From positions 341,573 through 405,572 of the forward strand of contig CACLXG010000001.1 in the NCBI GenBank assembly GCA_902610815.1: DNA of 64,000 bases, written 5' to 3'. Source of the DNA: an uncultured Candidatus Actinomarina sp. (GTDB lineage: Bacteria; Actinomycetota; Acidimicrobiia; Actinomarinales; Actinomarinaceae). How positions within the stretch are numbered: position 1 is the first letter of the stretch; each line of letters starts with the position of its first letter. Positions 38,801 to 48,640 of the stretch are shown here, piece after piece. The translations under genes were made by a program, and so were the position numbers. The notes below the pieces were generated by a model. That model made no database searches. It saw only the letters and a program-made list of their open reading frames with translations, and was not told the DNA's origin.

Positions 38801-39260
38801 ATTTACCGGTATTTATAAATTCTTTTAATATTTGAATATTTCTAAATTTAAAAAATAAATACAAAATCCCTATTCCCCCAAGTGCTATTTTGTAATTTTT
38901 AGTTAATGAAAATATATCTTCTGAATTTTGAAATAGTGGATAAAGAATTATGCTTTGGTTTAACCAAGTAAAGCTAAGTACTAAATAAAAAAAGGAACCT
39001 ATTGAGAATAATAGAGAATTTGCTCTAAATAAACTTCCTCTCTTTGTGGCAATCATAAAAATAAAAAATAAACTTACCGTGAAAAATATGCTGTGCCCTA
39101 TGTATTCATTTTGATTTGTAAGCCCAAAAGAATATAAAATTGAGTCAAATATAACCGGGAATAAACTACCAAAGATAATAAATCTTAAGTCAGCATTTTT
39201 ATCTTTAAATATGTAAAGAAAAAGATATATAGATAGACCGCTAGTCCAAAATAAAATCAT
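38790..39260 (-). CDS. Hypothetical polytopic membrane protein
   Basis: 156 aa with about four hydrophobic helices and no recognised motif. Confidence 0.35.
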   Translation of the reverse strand: MILFWTSGLSIYLFLYIFKDKNADLRFIIFGSLFPVIFDSILYSFGLTNQNEYIGHSIFFTVSLFFIFMIATKRGSLFRANSLLFSIGSFFYLVLSFTWLNQSIILYPLFQNSEDIFSLTKNYKIALGGIGILYLFFKFRNIQILKEFINTGKFTY

Positions 39261-39676
39261 GAATCTAAAGCAATATTAGCAAGTTCATCTGCTCGTTTAT
39301 TTTGCTCTCTTGGTACATGGTGGATTTCTAGATTATCAATTTTTTCTATTAAATCATTACATTGATTGTATAAATCCTTTAAATTTTTTGATTTAACTTT
39401 ATACTTTCCATTTACCTGCTGTACAACAAGTAAAGAATCTAAATAAATCTGTATATCTTTTAAATTATTTTTATCACAATAATCTAAAGCAGTTCTTAAA
39501 CCTTCATACTCAGCAACATTGTTTGTGGCTACACCAATCTTCTTTGCAATAGTATGCACTTCTTGTTCATCATTTTGAATTGAGATACCTATAGACGCTT
39601 CTCCCGGATTAGACCTAGAAGCACCATCACAATAGATTTTGTACATTAAATTACAACTCCCATGCAATATGGACAT
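39257..39676 (-). CDS. rnhA: Ribonuclease HI
   Basis: 139 aa with YCDGASRSNPGEASIG (catalytic Asp), TNNVAEYEGL (catalytic Glu) and HHVPREQNKRADELA. Confidence 0.85.
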   Translation of the reverse strand: MSILHGSCNLMYKIYCDGASRSNPGEASIGISIQNDEQEVHTIAKKIGVATNNVAEYEGLRTALDYCDKNNLKDIQIYLDSLLVVQQVNGKYKVKSKNLKDLYNQCNDLIEKIDNLEIHHVPREQNKRADELANIALDS

Positions 39677-40350
39677 TGTTGAAAACTAGAGTTCATAATT
39701 TCATACATTTCATTTGAAGTGAGATCAACACCACAGCAACCACATTGATTTTCCCTTTTGTAAGCAGCTATAACTTCAACACCTTTTGATTTTAAATCAT
39801 CATATAAGTCAATTATTTCTTTAGGAAAGCTACTTAATAATAATTTTTTTTCATCCTCATATTTACCTATTTTTAGATCAATGTCTCTCCATTCGCTTTG
39901 TAATGTTTTAGATAAGCTTAAGAGACTAGGTTTTAAGGTTTCTAATGATTGATCTATATAATTAATACTCTCTAACTCATCAGAATTTTCTTCATTTAGT
40001 TCAATTAAAGATTTTTCATAATCTAATAAATTTTTTTCAAAATTTTGCTTTTGTAAATTGTAATTTTGTAATTCAGATGCATCTAAGTTTGCGTTTAACT
40101 TTTCATTTATCGTTTCAATTTTCATCTGTGACTCTAAAATACTTTTTTCTATATGATTCTTTGTGTCAAAGTACAATTGCAATTCATTTACAATATTTTG
40201 TTTGTCGCTTTGTAGTTTTTTAAATTCTATCTCATGAGTTTTAAGCTCTTTTACTGTTGTACCTTCTGATTTTTCAGATATTAATTTGAATATTTCATTG
40301 TCTAATTCTTGTAATTCAATTAGGTTACTTAATAGAAATGGCTCATTCAT
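39646..40350 (-). CDS. Coiled-coil protein with C-terminal C4 zinc ribbon (COG1579-like)
   Basis: 234 aa with long coiled-coil segments and the C-terminal CGCCGVDL...CPYCMG zinc ribbon. Confidence 0.6.
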   Translation of the reverse strand: MNEPFLLSNLIELQELDNEIFKLISEKSEGTTVKELKTHEIEFKKLQSDKQNIVNELQLYFDTKNHIEKSILESQMKIETINEKLNANLDASELQNYNLQKQNFEKNLLDYEKSLIELNEENSDELESINYIDQSLETLKPSLLSLSKTLQSEWRDIDLKIGKYEDEKKLLLSSFPKEIIDLYDDLKSKGVEVIAAYKRENQCGCCGVDLTSNEMYEIMNSSFQQCPYCMGVVI

Positions 40351-41113
40351 AAAAATCTTTATACAAATACTCTAATTCTTGATTTAAGGCTTTATTTATG
40401 TTTTCAACAAACTTTTTCATTCCTGGAATTTCTGTTGTTATATGACCGACTTGAAGTAGTCCCATATTTGCATCATCCGCTTTTAATAGGTATCTGTGTG
40501 AGATATCTCCCGTAACAAATACATCTACTTCTTCTAAAATCTCATCGATAAATTGTGTACCTGATCCTGGGAGAATAGCTATTTTATTTATTTCCTTAAG
40601 CTTATCAAAATATTCATTTGTCCTTATAGAGTTTGTATTCAATTTATGCTCAACGAGTTTCTTGAACTCATCATTTGATAATGCCTCGATGTCTCCTATG
40701 CGTCCAGCACCAAAATTACCAAAAGTGTGAGCAAAAGTTTTAGTGTTTTTCAGATTAAATATTTCAACTAATGTATCAGCATTGCCTCCATCGCAAACAT
40801 CCTGGGCAGTATGTAATGTGATTACATTTATTGAGTTATCCATAAATTCTTTAGTTATCATTTCTGGAAGCATGGTTTCAGTATCATCATCTTCAGCCAC
40901 TTTCTTAAAAGAAGGAGGATGATAAGAAATAACTGTGTTTACATATTTATCCTTACAGTATTCCAATAATGATTTATCTAATTCATGACCTATGACAACA
41001 CCTTTTACTTCATCTTGCTCGGAGCCTATTGTTATACCTACATAATCGTCTTCAAATGCATACTCAAGTGGAACTAAGCTATTGACAATATTAAAAAGTT
41101 CAGAAACATTCAC
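40343..41113 (-). CDS. Nif3-family metal-binding protein (GTP cyclohydrolase 1 type 2 homologue)
   Basis: 256 aa with an N-terminal LVPLEYAFEDDYVGITIG region typical of NIF3/YqfO. Its position upstream of the Zn-ribbon and RNase H genes matches the actinobacterial arrangement. Confidence 0.6.
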   Translation of the reverse strand: MNVSELFNIVNSLVPLEYAFEDDYVGITIGSEQDEVKGVVIGHELDKSLLEYCKDKYVNTVISYHPPSFKKVAEDDDTETMLPEMITKEFMDNSINVITLHTAQDVCDGGNADTLVEIFNLKNTKTFAHTFGNFGAGRIGDIEALSNDEFKKLVEHKLNTNSIRTNEYFDKLKEINKIAILPGSGTQFIDEILEEVDVFVTGDISHRYLLKADDANMGLLQVGHITTEIPGMKKFVENINKALNQELEYLYKDFYE

Positions 41114-41136
41114 TTAAATAATATTAATAATGTTAA

Positions 41137-43737
41137 TTATAAAGATTTAGCTGTTTTTTTATTATGATAATTTGCCCAAAACACCAAAAGAGTTGGAAGA
41201 ATTAATATCGATGCAACTAAAGCAAACCCTAATGCTACAACAACTACTTGACCCATTTGTTGGAATGGTTTTAAAGAAGAAGTCATTAAAATACCGAAAC
41301 CAGCCATAGTTGTAAATGCTGAACCAAATAATGATCCTCCAGTAGTTTTAAGCGTCGTTCTCACAGCATCAACAGGACTGTCAGTAATTAATAAAGTCTC
41401 TCTAAATCTATTTGTAACATGAATTACAAAAGGTACACCAATACCTATTGCAAGACCAGAGAGTGTAGAAGTTACAGGATTTAAAGGAATGTCTAAGAAA
41501 TACATTCCAAGATAAGTGCCCATAACTATTGCAACAACTGGCAGTATTGTAATCACACCTAAGAAAGGTTTCCTTATATCAATTAAGTAGTAAAGAATTA
41601 AAAATATCATTGACGCAAGTATTGCAAATATCAATGACTGAAACTGTGATTCAGAAATTAAATCACTAACACTTTGTGTAACAATAGCATCATTTGTTGC
41701 TGCAATTGATATTCCCAGTGACGACATAGGTTGAAATGCATCATAAATATCATCTCTTAGTTGTGCAGCTCCAAGAGATCCTGCAGAAGTTGTAATCTTG
41801 ACTTGCTGAGCTGCAAGTTTGTTATCATCATTGAAATATAAAGTAGCTAGAAAAGCTTCTGAATCTAAATTAACTAGATACTCATAAAGTCCTTGCACGT
41901 CTCCAGTTTCTTTTACCTTTAATGCATCAATGCCTTGTGCTCCTGACATAAGATCAACACCAAAGGATCCTAAACTTCCCAACAACGCCATATCTGGCAT
42001 AGCTGGAGGTGCACCAGGTGCAGCCCCTTGAGGAGCTAACAACTGTCCAAGTGATCCGATAACTGATTCTGCAGCAACATTACCTGCATAAACTACTATA
42101 TTTTCTTTTTCACTCAAATTATTTATAGATGCTATCAATGCATTGTGAGCTTCAGGAGTCGCTAAGTTATCCGCTTCAATAAGAACGCTTGTTGTTTCAC
42201 CAAAGCCACCACCAAATTCATCTGTTAACAGCCCTAGTGTTTGAACAACAGGATCATCTTCCGGTAAGAAATCTGTAAATTCAAATATAGTTTCCAAATT
42301 GGTAAAACTAAAATATCCATATCCGGAGATTGCAAAAAGTAATACCAATGCGAAAATCTTTAATTTTTTTGGAATTATTCCACTTGATGCAGCAATTTTG
42401 TTTAGAACACTATCCCCTGATGAAGAAAATGCATCTACATTTATATTTTCTTTTTTTTCAGCTCTTCTATCCAATAAAGTTCTGATGGCTGGGACAAATG
42501 TCATCACTAGGAAAAAAGCAAAAAATATACCTGTTGAAACAAGTATTCCAAAATCTTTTAGTTCTGGAAGAGGTGAAACAATGTTTGTCAAAAATCCCAC
42601 AATTGTTGCAAGAGTTGCAAGAGTTAGTGCAATTCCAACAGATTTAAGTGTAGAGGTTGCTGAGCCTCTTACAGTATTTCCCGACCCAATTTCTTCTCTA
42701 TATCTTGAAGTAAAATGAATAGCATAGTCAACTCCAAGACCAATTAAAATGATAGGAGCAATTTGTGACACTTGGTTTGGTGCACCAATAATATCTAAAA
42801 ATCCTGGGCCTAATATAGTTCCAGCACCTTGCATCCAGCCAATAGATAACAAAATCGCACCTAAACTTAAAAGCAAATCGCTAAATGTTCTTCTTCCTGA
42901 TTTTAAGATATTAAAACCTTTTCTTGGTCTGATAAAGAATATATAGGCCAAAACAACAAGAATAATCAAAAATGCCTGTCCAAATAAAATACCTATTTCC
43001 TCTAAAAAGTCATCCCCCTCATTGCCAAGCAAAAGACCAAATGAAAATCCAGAAACTTTAATGTTTCCAACTGAAATTTGATTTAGTGCATCTGCAAGAG
43101 CAACTTCCATGCGTGGTTGTTCAATGAATGCTCCATCGGATCCGCCAAAATCTTGAACAATCATAGAGCTATCAATAGTTATAATTGCCAATCCTGCTGT
43201 TGCGGTAGTTGTCTCTTCATCATAAGTTGACGATAAAAGAGCTGAGGCAAATGCTTTAAATTCAGGTGGCATTTGGCTATTTGATTGGTTGTATAATTGT
43301 TTAAATTGCTCATCTGACATTGCACTTACATTTAGAGCTGGATTAAAAGCTTTAGCAAAATCGACAGGAGCAAAAAATCCTTGGATAGCTGCACCTTGTT
43401 GTTTTACTAAATAAGGATATATTTCACTTTCTAGTACTGCTTTATTTATTTCCTGCCATGCTAAATAACCATCAACAGTTAGTACATCTTCTCCAGACAT
43501 AATAATTTGAAAAACTGATTGAGAACCTGAAGTTTGAAAATATTCACCTAATTTAGATTGTGCTTGAATTTCTGGAGTATCTAATTCACCTCCAAAGCTA
43601 GTACTAAGTTCTTCAGCTTGTCCAGCCATATAACCAAAAAATCCAGTAAGAATTAATACAACCAAAATTGTTATAACAGGTCTTTTAGTTGCAGCAGAAG
43701 AAAAAAAGCTTGTTAAAAGTTTCATAGTAAACAACAA
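41137..43737 (-). CDS. MMPL-family (RND superfamily) membrane transporter
   Basis: 866 aa with two 6-TM bundles separated by large extracytoplasmic domains. This is the MMPL architecture typical of Actinobacteria. Confidence 0.7.
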   Translation of the reverse strand: MLFTMKLLTSFFSSAATKRPVITILVVLILTGFFGYMAGQAEELSTSFGGELDTPEIQAQSKLGEYFQTSGSQSVFQIIMSGEDVLTVDGYLAWQEINKAVLESEIYPYLVKQQGAAIQGFFAPVDFAKAFNPALNVSAMSDEQFKQLYNQSNSQMPPEFKAFASALLSSTYDEETTTATAGLAIITIDSSMIVQDFGGSDGAFIEQPRMEVALADALNQISVGNIKVSGFSFGLLLGNEGDDFLEEIGILFGQAFLIILVVLAYIFFIRPRKGFNILKSGRRTFSDLLLSLGAILLSIGWMQGAGTILGPGFLDIIGAPNQVSQIAPIILIGLGVDYAIHFTSRYREEIGSGNTVRGSATSTLKSVGIALTLATLATIVGFLTNIVSPLPELKDFGILVSTGIFFAFFLVMTFVPAIRTLLDRRAEKKENINVDAFSSSGDSVLNKIAASSGIIPKKLKIFALVLLFAISGYGYFSFTNLETIFEFTDFLPEDDPVVQTLGLLTDEFGGGFGETTSVLIEADNLATPEAHNALIASINNLSEKENIVVYAGNVAAESVIGSLGQLLAPQGAAPGAPPAMPDMALLGSLGSFGVDLMSGAQGIDALKVKETGDVQGLYEYLVNLDSEAFLATLYFNDDNKLAAQQVKITTSAGSLGAAQLRDDIYDAFQPMSSLGISIAATNDAIVTQSVSDLISESQFQSLIFAILASMIFLILYYLIDIRKPFLGVITILPVVAIVMGTYLGMYFLDIPLNPVTSTLSGLAIGIGVPFVIHVTNRFRETLLITDSPVDAVRTTLKTTGGSLFGSAFTTMAGFGILMTSSLKPFQQMGQVVVVALGFALVASILILPTLLVFWANYHNKKTAKSL

Positions 43738-43813
43738 TAATGTACAAAAATTTTTACATGTATTTATTGTTGTTAAATATATGTAAATTTATATAAAAAT
43801 TAATATAAACAAT

Positions 43814-44959
43814 ATGTTTACAAGTTTATTAACAGCAACAATTTTTAGCATGGTTGTAGGTACAGCTGTAGATCATGAAACAGAACCCACATATAATAAA
43901 AACAAAATTGATAATTATGACGTTATTACAATATCTCAATCTGGAAGTCTATATTACAGTGTTACAAACCAAATTATTGAAAGTGCTAATAATTTAAATA
44001 CAAATTTAACGTTTATTGGTAGAGCTAATGTTGGTTTAGATTCAGTAATATCGCCTTCTGGTGAAATTGAATTAACTTCACTTGAAAATTATCTTTACAA
44101 CATTTCATTAAAAACAATAGATTCGTCTGTTACAAATTACTTCTACAACGAAAAAGTTTCAGAAGCGATAAGAAATGATCAAATAGTTATATCAAGTTTA
44201 ACTGCTGATAGGTATGATCTCTCAATTGGAGATACGTTAAATTTAATAGGAGTAAATAGTCAACCTTTACAAATAACTGTTGGAGAAATAATTAAAGATT
44301 CCGATTTAGGCTGGTTTGAAGCTGTTGTAAATAAAGATATCGGATACGAACTTGGTATTTTCAGAAACATTCAAGCAATTTTATGGGATACAAAGATAAA
44401 TGAAAACCATTTTATTGAGCTATACAAAAATATTGAATACAAAAGAGTTAGATATACTTTTAGAGAGCGCAAGGCGAATAAGAATTGGGTTCTTCCAACT
44501 GCTCTTGTAAAAGAAATGTTTGGTGATTTTCAAATTAAAGAGCGAGATGGTACTTGGATAACTACCGAACCTAGTTGGAGAGAAAAGAACATAGAGCAAA
44601 AAAGGATGCCAATTATTGGACTTACTACCTGCCATAGATTGATGTGGGAACCATTAGAAGGTGCATTGACTCAAATAGTTGAAGAGGGCCTTGGGTACAC
44701 ATTATCAGTTGAAGACTTTAGAAAGTCTGGTGGTTGTTATGCACCAAGAAGAATTAATAGATTTGATGCAGGTGGAAGCATATCCCGCCATGCTTGGGGA
44801 ATAGCAATAGATATAAATACAAAATCGAGTTATCCACCTAGAGTTGTAGAAATTTTCAATTCTTGGGGCTTTGCATGGGGTGGGACTTGGACTTCACCTG
44901 ATGAAATGCATTTTGAACTTAGGGACTTATCAGCCAGTGTTTCTAAGTCCAGCAGCTAA
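43814..44959 (+). CDS. Secreted protein with a C-terminal M15/LAS-family D,D-peptidase domain (VanY-like)
   Basis: 381 aa with an N-terminal signal/TM. The C-terminus carries the zinc-ligand motifs SISRHAWGIAIDIN and SPDEMHFEL (H-x-H / D-x-x-H type). The N-terminal ~250 aa was not recognised. Confidence 0.6.
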   Translation: MFTSLLTATIFSMVVGTAVDHETEPTYNKNKIDNYDVITISQSGSLYYSVTNQIIESANNLNTNLTFIGRANVGLDSVISPSGEIELTSLENYLYNISLKTIDSSVTNYFYNEKVSEAIRNDQIVISSLTADRYDLSIGDTLNLIGVNSQPLQITVGEIIKDSDLGWFEAVVNKDIGYELGIFRNIQAILWDTKINENHFIELYKNIEYKRVRYTFRERKANKNWVLPTALVKEMFGDFQIKERDGTWITTEPSWREKNIEQKRMPIIGLTTCHRLMWEPLEGALTQIVEEGLGYTLSVEDFRKSGGCYAPRRINRFDAGGSISRHAWGIAIDINTKSSYPPRVVEIFNSWGFAWGGTWTSPDEMHFELRDLSASVSKSSS

Positions 44960-47422
44960 ACCATTAACAGATAACAATAAAGAGTTCCTCTCAACCTCAT
45001 TTAACTCTCTACTTTTCATTTTCTTCATTAGTGTAATTTGAATTAAAGAAAGAGGATCAAGATAAGCGTTTCTAATATTTAGTGTATTTTTTAAAATTTT
45101 ATTATCATCCAGCAAGTTATTGTGTTGCTTTATTTTTTTGATACATTCCATCGCTAATTTTGATTCTTTTAGTATGTCGTTGTAAATCTTCATTTCTTCT
45201 TCATCGAGCAAATTATCAACATATAATTTTGCAATTTTTAAATCAGACTTTGCAAGTGTCATTTCAATATTGCTTATTAAATTTTGCATAAATTCTGAGT
45301 TTTTATATATTTTCCTAACGTGATTTATGCCATACTTCTGAATCATGCTGTCAAAAGCTAATCCAGAACCATACCAGCCAGTTAAGGTATTTCGAGTCTG
45401 TGCCCATCCAAAAACCCAAGGTATAGCTCTGTAGTTTTGAAGTGACTTAGTATTCTTTTTTCTTTTACTCGGTCTAGAACCAATGTTTAAGATCGATAGA
45501 AGCTTTACAGGTGTTCCATTTTCAAAATAGTTAATTAAGTTTTCATTAGTAAAGAATTTTCTGTATTTTTCATAGGATAAGTCAGATAATTCTTGAAAAA
45601 ACTTTTGATTATGTATTGTCGTTTTGAACTTGTTTCCAGATTCATTGATAAATGCAACCGAACCTAATTTAATATTTTCAAAACCAAGATATCCAGTTGA
45701 GTACTTATCAGAAATAACTTCTCCTTGTTCTGTGTATCTAATTTTCGAAGATATTGTCCCTTTTGGTTGGGAACTTATTGAATTATAAGTAGGACCTCCT
45801 CCTCTACTTATAGTTCCTCCTCTACCATGAAAAAAAGTGACATTTACGTTTTCTTTAACTCCTTCCTTGAATAAGTTTATTTGTGCATTAAAAACATTCC
45901 ATTGAGAAGAGATTATTCCACCATCTTTATTTGAATCAGAATATCCCAACATAATTTCTTGATTATTATTTTGATATTTTTTAATAAATTTTTTATATTC
46001 ATCATTTGAAAATAGATTTTGAAAAATCTTATTTGAACTTTGTAAATCATGAATCTCTTCGATTAAAGGAGTGATCGAAGGAATATTCTCTATGGGAATT
46101 AGTTTTTTACACAATTTAAATAAGTTAAGGATATCTTTATCAGACTTTGTCATTGATAAAATAATTGAATTGAAAACATTTTTACCATATATATTTTGTA
46201 ACTCTGGTATCTCTTTAAGTAAATCTTCAAAGTCTAAAAATTCTTTACCTGCCTTTGCTTCAACAATTGATGAATTCTGTCTTACATCTAACGAAACGCC
46301 GTGGAACTCAAATTTTTTAACAAAATCAATGAAGTTAACTAGTTTTTTGTTTTTTATCTTGTCTCCGAATATTTCGGTAACACTTTGCTGAAATAATAAA
46401 ATATCATCTAAAAATTCTTGATAATACTTATAACCTTTTTTGTTTATTTGAAAATTTTCAAGCCTATGAAATACTAGTGAAAGAAATATTCTAAATGGTT
46501 CATCAAAATTTACCCTTTTGTAATGTTTGTAGTCTTCAGGTAGTAGTTTTTTATAATCTTCTATTCTTTTTGTTAAGAGTTTTGGACTCTCTACAAAATC
46601 AGTTGAAATACTAAACTCTTCAGAAAATTGTATAATTGCCTCTTTGTAAATTTGTAAAATCTGATTTGAATAAATCTTTAAAGCTTCTTTTGTTACTTTT
46701 GTTGTTACATAAGGATTGCCATCTTTGTCAGCACCAACCCATGAGCCAAATTGAAGATTAAAGTTTTTTGCTTTAGATGCTATTTCTTCATCTTCAATGA
46801 TATTTTGGTAGACATCTTTATATAAAATATCTAAATAATAAATTAAAGATTTTACTTCATCAATTGGATTTGGTTTTGTAGATCTGACTTCTCTTGTATA
46901 CCAAAGCTGTGTAATCAAGGAGTTGATTTCATTCAAATCGTTTGAGTCATTAATTTTTATAATTTCAGCAATTTTATATATTTTTTTTAATGTAGACTGA
47001 CGAGAACTTTCAGTTGGATGTGCGGTAAATACAGGAACAAAACTTAGATTTTGCTTTGTTACTTTTTTAATAGATATTCTAGATTTTTCTAATGTATGCT
47101 CTCTAAATACTTGTTCAGCTATGTTTGATAGATAGAAAAAAATTGTAAATGCTTTTGTAATAATATAGATTTCATCTGGATTAAGAGAATTTAAAGTTTT
47201 AAAGATTGCATCTAAGTATTTATTATTTTTAGATTGTCTATATTTTTTTGAATTTAATCGAATATTTTCTACTATTTTCAAGTATTTATTGCCAGCTTGC
47301 TCTTTAATTACATTACCAAGTTCACTTCCTAGTAAATTTATTGTTTTTGATAAAGAATTAAAATTAGGATTTATTTTATATCCTTTCAACGTTTGTAATT
47401 GTAAAACTTCCAGTTGAATCAA
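44930..47422 (-). CDS. ppc: Phosphoenolpyruvate carboxylase
   Basis: 830 aa with the PEPC signatures VFTAHPTESSRQS, GYSDSNKDGG and FHGRGGTISRGGGP, and a C-terminal ...NTG. Confidence 0.9.
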   Translation of the reverse strand: MIQLEVLQLQTLKGYKINPNFNSLSKTINLLGSELGNVIKEQAGNKYLKIVENIRLNSKKYRQSKNNKYLDAIFKTLNSLNPDEIYIITKAFTIFFYLSNIAEQVFREHTLEKSRISIKKVTKQNLSFVPVFTAHPTESSRQSTLKKIYKIAEIIKINDSNDLNEINSLITQLWYTREVRSTKPNPIDEVKSLIYYLDILYKDVYQNIIEDEEIASKAKNFNLQFGSWVGADKDGNPYVTTKVTKEALKIYSNQILQIYKEAIIQFSEEFSISTDFVESPKLLTKRIEDYKKLLPEDYKHYKRVNFDEPFRIFLSLVFHRLENFQINKKGYKYYQEFLDDILLFQQSVTEIFGDKIKNKKLVNFIDFVKKFEFHGVSLDVRQNSSIVEAKAGKEFLDFEDLLKEIPELQNIYGKNVFNSIILSMTKSDKDILNLFKLCKKLIPIENIPSITPLIEEIHDLQSSNKIFQNLFSNDEYKKFIKKYQNNNQEIMLGYSDSNKDGGIISSQWNVFNAQINLFKEGVKENVNVTFFHGRGGTISRGGGPTYNSISSQPKGTISSKIRYTEQGEVISDKYSTGYLGFENIKLGSVAFINESGNKFKTTIHNQKFFQELSDLSYEKYRKFFTNENLINYFENGTPVKLLSILNIGSRPSKRKKNTKSLQNYRAIPWVFGWAQTRNTLTGWYGSGLAFDSMIQKYGINHVRKIYKNSEFMQNLISNIEMTLAKSDLKIAKLYVDNLLDEEEMKIYNDILKESKLAMECIKKIKQHNNLLDDNKILKNTLNIRNAYLDPLSLIQITLMKKMKSRELNEVERNSLLLSVNGLAAGLRNTG

Positions 47423-48638
47423 ATATTAAAGATGTTATTTCGTTGAAATTTATATTTTGAAAATCGGAGTGAGGAGTGTGAATCAAAATTAGATCATAAT
47501 TTGAAAAGTTTTTTATATTTACTTCTTTTAAAATAGAAGTTTTGTTGACTATAAGCTCTTCGACAAATGGGTCATAAAAAGATACATCTGCACTCTTTTC
47601 TATAAGTGCCTGAACAATATCAATTGCTGGAGACTCTCTTGTGTCACTAATATCTTTTTTGTAAGCAACACCTAGTATTAATATTTTTGAATTCTTTAAA
47701 AGTATCTCTTTTTTATTCATTAACTCACTAACTCTTGAAACGACATAGTTAGGCATTGAGTTGTTTATTTCTTGAGCTAATTCTACAAATCGAACTGGTT
47801 GGCCAATCTGTCTTGTTTTAAATGATAAGTATTTTGGGTCAATAGGAATACAGTGTCCACCAACACCAGGACCTGGCCTAAATGACTGAAAACCAAATGG
47901 TTTTGTCTTTGCAGCTTCAACAACCTCCCAAATATCAATGTCTAACATGTTTGATAAAATAGCCAACTCATTAACCATCGCAATATTTACTTGCCTATAT
48001 GTATTTTCAATTAACTTAACCATTTCAGCTTCTCTTGTTCCAGAAACTTCTATAACTTCATCAATAATTGATTTATAAAATTTCGATATTTTTTCTAATG
48101 ACTTTTTGTTTATACCACTAACAATTTTTGGAGTATTTTTGAATGTCCACTCTTTATTTCCAGGATCAATTCGTTCAGGTGAATATCCCAATAAAAAATC
48201 TTCTCCAGCTTTTAAGTTTGAAATATTTTCAAGGATTGGCTGAACTATTTCTATAGTTGTCCCTGGATATGTAGTAGATTCCAAAATTACAATTTGACCT
48301 TTTTTTAAATTTTCTCCAATACTTTTTGAAGCAGCTTCTACATAGCTTAAGTCTGGCTGGTAGTCAGTTAATGGTGTAGGAACACTTATTACTATATGTT
48401 CACTGTCACCTAAAACATTTGAATCCGAAGTAAATGATAATTCTTCTGAAAGTGCATCACTTAAAGCTTTATCTGAAACATCCTCAACGTGGGATACAGC
48501 GTTATTTAGGTTTGATATTACAGAGTCATTTGTGTCATAACCAGCAACTTTCAAGGTATTACTCGCCGCTTCAACCGCTAATGGTAGCCCAACATATCCA
48601 AGACCAATTACCGCAAGATCGTATTTAAATTCACTCAT
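47376..48638 (-). CDS. Nucleotide-sugar dehydrogenase (UDP-N-acetyl-D-mannosamine/-glucosamine 6-dehydrogenase family, WecC/WbpA-like)
   Basis: 420 aa with an N-terminal NAD Rossmann motif (VIGLGYVGLPLAVE) and the catalytic Cys region (GVGGHCIPIDP). The adjacent wecB suggests a UDP-ManNAcA pathway. Confidence 0.75.
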   Translation of the reverse strand: MSEFKYDLAVIGLGYVGLPLAVEAASNTLKVAGYDTNDSVISNLNNAVSHVEDVSDKALSDALSEELSFTSDSNVLGDSEHIVISVPTPLTDYQPDLSYVEAASKSIGENLKKGQIVILESTTYPGTTIEIVQPILENISNLKAGEDFLLGYSPERIDPGNKEWTFKNTPKIVSGINKKSLEKISKFYKSIIDEVIEVSGTREAEMVKLIENTYRQVNIAMVNELAILSNMLDIDIWEVVEAAKTKPFGFQSFRPGPGVGGHCIPIDPKYLSFKTRQIGQPVRFVELAQEINNSMPNYVVSRVSELMNKKEILLKNSKILILGVAYKKDISDTRESPAIDIVQALIEKSADVSFYDPFVEELIVNKTSILKEVNIKNFSNYDLILIHTPHSDFQNINFNEITSLIFDSTGSFTITNVERI

Positions 48639-48640
48639 AT

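Noticed and set aside
43738-43813. Palindromic hexamers TGTACA / ACATGT in the MmpL/M15-peptidase divergent intergenic region
   Set aside because: These are isolated self-complementary hexamers in a 76-bp AT-rich spacer with no extended inverted repeat. I could not distinguish them from chance.
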